Positions 25,311-31,560 of a stretch of DNA of 31,560 bases are shown in pieces. Made by a program: the position numbers and the translations under genes. The notes beneath the pieces were generated by a model. It was not told the DNA's origin and did not search any database. It saw nothing but the letters and a program-made list of their open reading frames with translations. Location: IMG/VR virus record IMGVR_UViG_3300017747_002236, positions 1-31,560 of that record, one strand, 5' to 3'. Numbering within the stretch: the stretch's first letter is position 1; every line of letters starts with the position of its first letter. The stretch is from a virus (lineage: Duplodnaviria; Caudoviricetes).

Positions 25311-25787
25311 ATGACGAAGCCGAAACCACGCGCGCGCGGGCGCCCTGAGAAGCCCATAACCCTGGATTTCGGCCCTGCCCAGCGCCTAGCCAATGGCACG
25401 GCCTGGCTTGCTTACCGGGCGGACCCTGAAAACCCTGGACGGCCTTCTGTGAGGGCGGCAGGCGCCAAGGTGATCTATCACCAGCTTTGGACCGCCGGGC
25501 ACCTGACAGACGAACAGCACGAGGCGGCAGATCGTTATCTGACCCGGCTTGAGGTGGCGTCCGGCGCCAAAGTGGACACGCGCGGGCATGGCGCGGCGTC
25601 CTACGGCCCAACGGCGGCCCAGGTGGCGGCATTGGCGGATTTACGGGGCGCAGACCGGGTGATAGGGCCGGCGCCGCTTGTGGGAGCCGTGCGGACGGTC
25701 ATCGGCTGGAATATCTGGCCGCCGGATTTGACCGTGCGTCAATTCAAGGGCGCAATGCAGCGCGTGGCGGATGAATGGGGGATGTGA
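25311..25787 (+). CDS. Putative late transcription regulator/antiterminator (DUF6456-like)
   Basis: GGAG RBS; L...G.LT.EQ.EAA.RY motif; last gene of the early rightward operon before packaging genes (lambda Q position). Confidence 0.5.
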   Translation: MTKPKPRARGRPEKPITLDFGPAQRLANGTAWLAYRADPENPGRPSVRAAGAKVIYHQLWTAGHLTDEQHEAADRYLTRLEVASGAKVDTRGHGAASYGPTAAQVAALADLRGADRVIGPAPLVGAVRTVIGWNIWPPDLTVRQFKGAMQRVADEWGM

Positions 25788-25817
25788 AAATAATTCACGC
25801 GCCGCGCATTTTTCCTG

Positions 25818-25846
25818 TTGACAGTGCGGGCCAATGGTCCTATGTT
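25818..25846 (+). promoter_or_regulatory. sigma70 promoter with palindromic operator (cassette 2)
   Basis: TTGACA-17 nt-TATGTT; GCGGGCCA-A-TGGTCCTA at 25826-25842, same register as cassette 1. Confidence 0.8.
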
Positions 25847-25853
25847 CCCGTTA

Positions 25854-25880
25854 TCAGCAAGGGCAATCAAGCCCGGCTGA
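25854..25880 (+). promoter_or_regulatory. 5'-UTR RNA stem-loop of cassette 2
   Basis: TCAGC-AA-GGGC-AATCAA-GCCC-G-GCTGA begins immediately at the predicted transcription start (about 25853). Confidence 0.55.
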
Positions 25881-25900
25881 AACGGAATATAGACCAAGCC

Positions 25901-26134
25901 ATGAACAGCACCATTTACAGCCTTAAAACCGGCTACACGATCACAGAAGGCGTGCAATCGCAGGCCGCATCTAACGCCACAATTAACACCGCTCGCAACA
26001 TTGCCCGCGAAAACAAGGCAAGCGTGATTGTGGAAGACTGGGGCACTCGCGAGTGCTATCGAGTGACGCCTGCCGGGCACATTTGGGCAGCGCCGAAAGG
26101 CTGGGAACCTGAGTGGGCATCCAATGACATGTGA
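25901..26134 (+). CDS. Small orphan protein (77 aa), cargo of cassette 2
   Basis: First ATG after the promoter and hairpin; the stop overlaps the HTH start by 11 nt. Confidence 0.75.
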   Translation: MNSTIYSLKTGYTITEGVQSQAASNATINTARNIARENKASVIVEDWGTRECYRVTPAGHIWAAPKGWEPEWASNDM

Positions 26135-26306
26135 CCAATTCCGCGCCGCATTGGCCGACCTGGGCTATTCCCAGGCCGGCTTCGCGCGCCAAGCCATGGT
26201 GGACGCCCGCACCGTGCGGCGATGGTGCGACGGGACGCGAGCGGTCCCTGGCCCGGTGGTGGCGCTGCTGGGGATGATGGATAAACAACGCTTGACAGCC
26301 CCCTGA
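26124..26306 (+). CDS. Small XRE-type HTH protein, Aca-like (cassette 2)
   Basis: MTCDQFRAALADLGYSQAGFAR...VDARTVRRW..G.RAVPGP; 26/52 identical without gaps to the cassette 1 HTH. Confidence 0.82.
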   Translation: MTCDQFRAALADLGYSQAGFARQAMVDARTVRRWCDGTRAVPGPVVALLGMMDKQRLTAP

Positions 26307-26320
26307 TTTATTTGTAGGGG
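26292..26320 (+). promoter_or_regulatory. Putative late promoter
   Basis: TTGACA(26292-26297)-17 nt-TAGGGG(26315-26320), similar to the TAGGGT early promoters. Confidence 0.5.
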
Positions 26321-26341
26321 GACCGTATTCTGTATTTCTGC

Positions 26342-26372
26342 GCCCGGAGCCCACAAGGCTGCCGGGCTTTTT
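26342..26372 (+). terminator. Intrinsic terminator upstream of terS
   Basis: GCCCGG-AGCC-CACAA-GGCT-G-CCGGGC followed by TTTTT. Confidence 0.7.
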
Positions 26373-26387
26373 CATGGCCGAGGCACA

Positions 26388-26774
26388 ATGCGGACAAAGA
26401 CCACGCGCGTCGGCAATGGCCCCGGCAAGGGGCCGGGCTACGGGCCAGGCGCCGGGCCAAGCGCGCCGCCGTTCACTGCCGATAACCAGCCGACCGGCGA
26501 GGCCAAGTCCGCCGGCAAAGAAGTCGCAGCCGAGATCAAAGCGCATATCGCCGCGCGCAAGGGAGAGATCCTCGCCGCGCAATTTACCCGGGCGCTGGAC
26601 ACGGCGCACCCGCAAGGGCACGCGGCGGCCAAAGACTTGCTGGACCGGATCGCGCCGCCTGAGAGCAGGACGGACGTGACCACGAATGGCGAGCGGCTAG
26701 GCTATGTCATCATGGCGCCGGCAGAGGCAGAGGACGCCGAAGCATGGGCGAAACAGCACCAGCCCCAAGCGTAG
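26388..26774 (+). CDS. Putative terminase small subunit
   Basis: GAGG RBS; FT..NQP and AAKDLLDR..P....DVTTNGE.L motifs; overlaps the terL start. Confidence 0.7.
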   Translation: MRTKTTRVGNGPGKGPGYGPGAGPSAPPFTADNQPTGEAKSAGKEVAAEIKAHIAARKGEILAAQFTRALDTAHPQGHAAAKDLLDRIAPPESRTDVTTNGERLGYVIMAPAEAEDAEAWAKQHQPQA

Positions 26775-28213
26775 TTTGGAAGCCCCAAAGGGGACCGCAA
26801 ACGGCGCTTTTAGCTTGTCCGGTGTATGAGGTTTTCTTTGGTGGCGCGCGCGGCGGCGGCAAGACTGACGGCATGTTGGGCGAATGGGCCGTTCATGCTG
26901 ACCGATACGGCAAGCAGGCGATAGGCCTGATAGTCCGCCGCACTCGGACGGAATTGTTGGAGACTTTTGAGCGCGCCAAGGCCTTGTTTACTATGATCGG
27001 GGCGCAATTCACCGCCGTTCCCATGCGTATCATCATGCCTGGCGGCGGGCGATTGAATTTTGCGTATCTTGAACGCGACGCGGACGCCGAAAGCTATCAG
27101 GGCCACAGTTACACGCGGGTTTATGTCGAGGAGGCGGGCAATTTCCCGAGCCCGGCGCCGATCCTGAAGTTGTTTGCCACGCTGCGAAGCGGTGCGGGCG
27201 TTCCCTGCCGAATGCGCCTGACGGGCAATCCCGGAGGGCCGGGCCATCAGTGGATTAAGGCGCGCTACATAGACCCGGCTCCGATGGGCTGGAAAGTTAT
27301 TGTTGAAACCTTCAAATGCCCCTTTACCGGGAATGATTTGACGCGGGATCGAGTTTATATCCCTTCCCGCGTTTCCGATAACAAGCACGTTGGCGCTGAA
27401 TACGTGGCCAGCATCATGCAATCGGGTTCGCCGGAATTGGTGCGGGCTTGGCTAGAAGGCGATTGGTCAGTTATCGCCGGGGCCTTCTTCCCCGAGTTTG
27501 ACATGGGCCGGCACGTCATCGCGCCGAGAGAACTGCCTGAACATTGGTTCCGGTTCCGGTCTTTGGACTGGGGCAGCGCTAGGCCCTTCTCGGTGGGCTG
27601 GTGGGCCGTGTCTGACGGCGAGCTGCAGGACATCCCGCGTGGTGCGCTGGTGCGATACCGGGAATGGTATGGCAGCACCGGCAAGCCGAATGAAGGCTTG
27701 CGAATGACTGCCGAGGAAGTGGCGCAGGGCATCGCGCAACGTGAGGCGGGCGACCCTAAGCCTGAGAACGGCCTGCATGGCGTGGCTGATCCGGCCATCT
27801 TCAGCAGCGACGGCGGGCCAAGCATCGGCGAGCGCATGGCGCGGTCGGCCAAGGTTTTCTTTCGCCCGGCGGATAATGCCCGCGTGTCGCGTCAAGGTGC
27901 GCTTGGCGGGTGGGATCAAGTGCGGGCCAGGTTGCGCGGTGACGAAACCGGGCCGGGCTTGCTGATTTTCAGCACATGCCGCGACCTAATCCGCACGTTG
28001 CCGGCGTTGCAGCATGATCCGGACAGGCCGGAAGATGTGGACAGTGACGGCGAAGACCACGCGCCGGACGAGGCCCGCTACGCTTGCATGAGCCGCCCAT
28101 GGGTGCGGCAGAAGCCGGTGCAAAAGCCGGGCAATATCGTGTCGATCGGCGGCACGAATACCGCCACCTTTAACGATCTTTGGAAAACCGCGCCGCAAGC
28201 CGCGCGCTGGTAA
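26744..28213 (+). CDS. terL: Terminase large subunit
   Basis: P..GPQ, Walker A GGARGGGKT, Walker B VYVEEA, TGNPGG.GH.W.K, nuclease LDWG and EDHA.DE.RY. Confidence 0.95.
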   Translation: MGETAPAPSVVWKPQRGPQTALLACPVYEVFFGGARGGGKTDGMLGEWAVHADRYGKQAIGLIVRRTRTELLETFERAKALFTMIGAQFTAVPMRIIMPGGGRLNFAYLERDADAESYQGHSYTRVYVEEAGNFPSPAPILKLFATLRSGAGVPCRMRLTGNPGGPGHQWIKARYIDPAPMGWKVIVETFKCPFTGNDLTRDRVYIPSRVSDNKHVGAEYVASIMQSGSPELVRAWLEGDWSVIAGAFFPEFDMGRHVIAPRELPEHWFRFRSLDWGSARPFSVGWWAVSDGELQDIPRGALVRYREWYGSTGKPNEGLRMTAEEVAQGIAQREAGDPKPENGLHGVADPAIFSSDGGPSIGERMARSAKVFFRPADNARVSRQGALGGWDQVRARLRGDETGPGLLIFSTCRDLIRTLPALQHDPDRPEDVDSDGEDHAPDEARYACMSRPWVRQKPVQKPGNIVSIGGTNTATFNDLWKTAPQAARW

Positions 28214-28224
28214 GGAAATCCGCC

Positions 28225-28515
28225 ATGTTGAATGCCCCATTCTCGCCCGGCGAGACCTTAACGCTTTCCGTAACAACCTCTAGCAGCAACGCAAGTTTTG
28301 CGACGGCTGGAACGGCGGCGTCTGTCATTGAGGTGCAGAATACTGGATCTTCCCCATGCTTTATTGTTTTTGGGGCTACCGCAACAACGGCGGGATATCC
28401 GGTTGGTGGCGGTCAGGCCAAATTATTGAGTAAACCGCCCGGACAAGCGCAGATCGCAGCCATTTGTGGAACTGGCAGCACCACGCTTTATGTCACGTCA
28501 GGCCAGGGCCGTTAA
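28225..28515 (+). CDS. Small beta-rich putative virion protein
   Basis: AAGGA RBS; Thr/Ser/Gly-rich, 96 aa. Confidence 0.7.
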   Translation: MLNAPFSPGETLTLSVTTSSSNASFATAGTAASVIEVQNTGSSPCFIVFGATATTAGYPVGGGQAKLLSKPPGQAQIAAICGTGSTTLYVTSGQGR

Positions 28516-28516
28516 A

Positions 28517-29188
28517 TTGTCACAGCGCCTAAATACGCGGTTGCGGGCGGCGGATGCGGTTGGCGGCGGCTTTTTCTCTGGTCTTTTTGATGGAACGGGT
28601 GATTTCCTGTCGCTTTCCGCAAATTCTCTGCTGGACGTGGGTAGCGGCGATTTTACTTTGGAATTTTTTGCTTACCCAACCGCCAACACGAATAGTGCGG
28701 ATTCGGTATTTGGGTATGGCGCGTTCACGATGATGTTGTATCATACATCGTCCAATAATTGGACGCTGGAAATGTCCAATAACGGCGCCAGCAATCAAGT
28801 GAATATTTCATTCGCCAGGACATTAAATATTTGGGCGCACATTGCGGTTGTAAAGCAAGGCAGCAATGTAACCGTATATCGCGGCGGCGTATCAGTTGGC
28901 ACGGGCACAATTTCAGGCAGCGTGAATACGTCAGGCAAAGCGCTTAGGATTGGTGAAAATTTAGCAGCGAGCAATCAGTTTTTCACCGGATATATTTCGC
29001 AGTTCCGTTTGGTAAAAGGAACAGCTATCTACACCGCGCCATTTACACCACCAACTAGCCCGCTATCGCCCGTGTCTGGAACCAGCCTATTGACTTGTAA
29101 TGCCGCGACTTTCGTTGATGGCAGCGGCAATGGATTGGGTATAACAATAAATGGTAACGCTTCTGTTAGTAGCTTAAACCCGTTCTAG
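28517..29188 (+). CDS. LamG / concanavalin A-like lectin domain protein
   Basis: FDGTGDFL, G.GDFT.EF..Y, W.HIAVV..G..V..Y..G, F.GYIS.FR.VKG.A.YT..FTPPT.PL motifs. TTG start is inferred; GC is lower than the flanks. Confidence 0.85.
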   Translation: MSQRLNTRLRAADAVGGGFFSGLFDGTGDFLSLSANSLLDVGSGDFTLEFFAYPTANTNSADSVFGYGAFTMMLYHTSSNNWTLEMSNNGASNQVNISFARTLNIWAHIAVVKQGSNVTVYRGGVSVGTGTISGSVNTSGKALRIGENLAASNQFFTGYISQFRLVKGTAIYTAPFTPPTSPLSPVSGTSLLTCNAATFVDGSGNGLGITINGNASVSSLNPF

Positions 29189-29201
29189 TGGAGATAGACC
29201 A

Positions 29202-29618
29202 ATGATCGAATGGAAAATCGCAAACCTATTTGCCACGCTGAGCAATTCCGAAGTGGACCAGCAGCGCCCCAATGGCGCGATTGTGGTGCGCGCTGAATGG
29301 CAGGTAACGGGGCGCGACCAGAACATCACGGCAAGCGTGACGGGCTTTCAAGAATTTGTTTATAACCCGAAAACAGAGTTCACGCCGTATTTGGAATTGA
29401 CGGAAGAACAGGTTTTGTCGTGGGTTCATCGCGCAATGGCCGGGCAGCGCAAAGCCTATGAAGATAAGGTGATGCAGCAAGTGGCGCAGAAGAAGGCAGA
29501 GCCGATCACGCTGCCGCTGCCGTGGCATCAGCATGCGTGGATTATGGGGGAACAGCCTTCCGGCAACAACAGGCCGATAGGCGGCAACGGAGATGATAGT
29601 CTTGGGGGTCTGGCGTGA
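29202..29618 (+). CDS. Phage hypothetical protein of the kind found beside fibre genes (possible fibre chaperone)
   Basis: GGAG RBS; W.I..L...V....W...G.D...F.PY..LTEEQVL.WV...LPLPW pattern. Confidence 0.65.
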   Translation: MIEWKIANLFATLSNSEVDQQRPNGAIVVRAEWQVTGRDQNITASVTGFQEFVYNPKTEFTPYLELTEEQVLSWVHRAMAGQRKAYEDKVMQQVAQKKAEPITLPLPWHQHAWIMGEQPSGNNRPIGGNGDDSLGGLA

Positions 29619-29893
29619 CCCGCAAAATACCGCCTGGCCTAAGCCATGCCTTGATTGGTGCTGCGCTGACTGCGGCTATTGGTATTCCGTGCGCGCTGTT
29701 TGGATTGCCTGCGCTTATCGGCGCTGGTTTTGCCATTGGGTTCTATGTTGGGCGCGAGCGGCGCCAATCTGAGGAACACTTTGGAAGCAACCGCATCTGG
29801 CCTTGGCAATGGAAGCCGCGCGCTGGGCGTGACATCGCTTGGCCTTCGCTGGCGGCGGCACTTGCCGCGCTTTTGATTGAGGTTTTAGCGTAA
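29615..29893 (+). CDS. Small membrane protein
   Basis: Three hydrophobic segments and FYVGRE.RQ.E; GTGA and TAATG coupling. Confidence 0.7.
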   Translation: MTRKIPPGLSHALIGAALTAAIGIPCALFGLPALIGAGFAIGFYVGRERRQSEEHFGSNRIWPWQWKPRAGRDIAWPSLAAALAALLIEVLA

Positions 29894-31560
29894 TGTCGCA
29901 GGAGCCGGACGATCTCGAATACAAGACGCCAGAGGGCAAGTATCACCGCTGGCTGGTCGAGATTGATCAGGCTGAAAAGTGGTGCCGCGATTGGCATGAG
30001 ACTGCCAAGAAGTGCTTGAAGCGCTACCGCGACGACCGCAATGAGTTGCAAAAAACACAGCGCCGAATCAACATTTTCTGGTCAAACGTCGAAACGCTGA
30101 AGCCTGCGCTATATGCGCGGCGCGCGAAGCCCGTGGTAGAACGGCGGTTTCGCGATGCTGACCCAATTGGCAAGGCGGCGGCTGAAACGCTTGAGCGGGC
30201 TACCACCTTCGCCACGGATTCGGACCAGTTTGACGAGGTAATCCGCCAAGCGCGCGATGATCGGTTGATTGTCGGGCGCGGCACGGCCTGGCTGCGCTAT
30301 GTGCCGCACTTTCAGCAGATGAACCCGCCGACGCCCGCCGATGGCGTGAGCGTGACGGATGACGCCGCCGAATATGAGGCGGAAACGCAAGCCCAGGCGC
30401 CGGTTGAAGCGCTGGTGTTTGAAGAAGTCGCGCATGACTATGTGGCGTGGGAAGACTTCCTTATGTCGCCGGCCAAGACATGGCGCGAGGTGTCATGGGT
30501 TGCCCGCAAGGTGCAGATGACGCGCGCCGAATTGGTGGAGCGTTTTGACAAAAAGATTGGCAGCGCGGTTCCGCTGAATGAGCGGGCCGACAAGAACGGC
30601 AATGATTCCGCCGAGGCGCGCTTTCGTGATGGGCTTTCCGCCCGTGCTGACGTGTTTGAGATTTGGAGCAAGACAGAGCGCAAGGTGTGTTGGCTTGCGC
30701 GCGGCTATGAGGGCTTGCTTGACGAGCGTGATGACCCGCTGCGCTTGCGTGATTTCTTCCCGTGCCCGCGTCCGATGTTTGCGACCGTCACCACAGAAAG
30801 CCTAATTCCGATCCCTGACTACATGATGTATAAGGATCAGGCTGACGACTTGGACAGCGTGACGCTGCGCCTTTCTATGCTGACGGAAGCCTGCCGCGTT
30901 GCCGGTGTTTATGACGCATCGCAGGACGCCAGTGTTGGTCGTCTGTTTTCCGAGGCCAGCGATAACCAGTTGATCCCGGTGAATACCTGGGCCGCGTTTT
31001 CTGAAAAGGGCGGGCTGCAAGGCGTGCTGGATTTCGTGCCGCTGGATGGCATTATCGCCACCATCCGCGAATTGACGGGCCGCGAGCAGGTCTTGAAAGC
31101 GCAGATTTATGAGATCACGGGCATTTCTGACATTGTGCGAGGCTATTCCGCGCCGTCAGAAACCGCCACGGCGCAACAGATCAAGGGGCAATTCGCGGCG
31201 CTGCGGTTGCAGGAACAACAGTCCGAGGTGGCGCGGTTTGCGCGTGACTTGATCGCCATGACGGCAGAGATCATCGCGGAGCATTTCCAGCCGCAAACGA
31301 TTGCGCTGATGTCTGGCCTGGCAGAACAGGCGCCAGAGTTTCAGCAGAATTTCATGCCGGCGGTGCAGCTTTTGCGTAATGATCGGATGCGGAGTTTCCG
31401 CATTGACATCGAGACAGACAGCACGATTGCCGTTGACGAAACCGCCGATAAGCAGGCCGCGACCGAGTTCCTCACAGCAATGGGCAATTACATGGCGTCA
31501 AGCCTGCCGATGGCGCAGCAAGCGCCGGAATTGTTGCCGGTGATTGGGCAGGGCGCGGTA
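29893..31560 (+). CDS. Portal protein, 3'-truncated by window edge (absent from ORF track)
   Basis: Frame from ATG 29893 runs off the end. NIFWSNVETLKPALY...P.V.RRF.D.DP, GRGTAW.RY, FFPCPRP, PIPDY..Y.DQ, IYEITGISDIVRG and ETATAQQIK motifs. Confidence 0.88.
   Translation, partial: MSQEPDDLEYKTPEGKYHRWLVEIDQAEKWCRDWHETAKKCLKRYRDDRNELQKTQRRINIFWSNVETLKPALYARRAKPVVERRFRDADPIGKAAAETLERATTFATDSDQFDEVIRQARDDRLIVGRGTAWLRYVPHFQQMNPPTPADGVSVTDDAAEYEAETQAQAPVEALVFEEVAHDYVAWEDFLMSPAKTWREVSWVARKVQMTRAELVERFDKKIGSAVPLNERADKNGNDSAEARFRDGLSARADVFEIWSKTERKVCWLARGYEGLLDERDDPLRLRDFFPCPRPMFATVTTESLIPIPDYMMYKDQADDLDSVTLRLSMLTEACRVAGVYDASQDASVGRLFSEASDNQLIPVNTWAAFSEKGGLQGVLDFVPLDGIIATIRELTGREQVLKAQIYEITGISDIVRGYSAPSETATAQQIKGQFAALRLQEQQSEVARFARDLIAMTAEIIAEHFQPQTIALMSGLAEQAPEFQQNFMPAVQLLRNDRMRSFRIDIETDSTIAVDETADKQAATEFLTAMGNYMASSLPMAQQAPELLPVIGQGAV

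Larger units (their letters stand above)
1..31560. mobile_element. Tailed bacteriophage genome (podovirus-type morphogenesis module), near-complete, probable alphaproteobacterial host
   Basis: Contiguous capsid, tail, ejection, lysis, recombination, replication, terminase and portal genes. Dense ATGA-coupled operons and no host housekeeping genes. Confidence 0.97.

Noticed and set aside
26374-26679. Alternative-frame Arg/Pro-rich ORF over terS
   Set aside because: No RBS (its ATG abuts the terminator T-run) and low-complexity composition; the 26388 frame has the RBS and terS-like motifs.

Overview
The whole window is a tailed phage genome with a P22/BPP-1-like podovirus-type morphogenesis module. 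The host is inferred to be alphaproteobacterial, from a GcrA homolog and strong GANTC depletion. The window opens inside the major capsid gene and closes inside the portal gene, so it is probably most of a circularly permuted genome. Gene order: capsid, decoration, adaptor, tail stabilisation, GNAT, ejection proteins, tail fibre and lysis (+); recombination/early operon (-); mirror-image divergent promoters; Cro-like HTH, GcrA, SNF2 helicase-methylase fusion, RuvC-like resolvase, C5 methyltransferase, D5-like helicase and a putative origin (+); putative late regulator, terminases, an inserted LamG module and portal (+). No integrase, CI-type repressor, DNA polymerase, tRNA, CRISPR array or reverse transcriptase was seen. 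The main discovery candidate is two separately placed cassettes (22301-22756 minus, 25818-26306 plus). Each has a sigma70 promoter carrying the same palindromic operator, an unrelated small orphan gene and a paralogous small HTH, with an identical 11-nt overlap. This is the acr-aca (anti-defence) layout. Other notable items: an alternative-frame M.EcoHK31I-beta-like gene nested in the C5 methyltransferase, a leaderless antisense membrane-peptide gene behind the ejection genes, a ~140-bp nested palindrome after the helicase, and a promoter-leader-terminator unit in front of terS. All family assignments come from motif recognition by eye; no database search was run.
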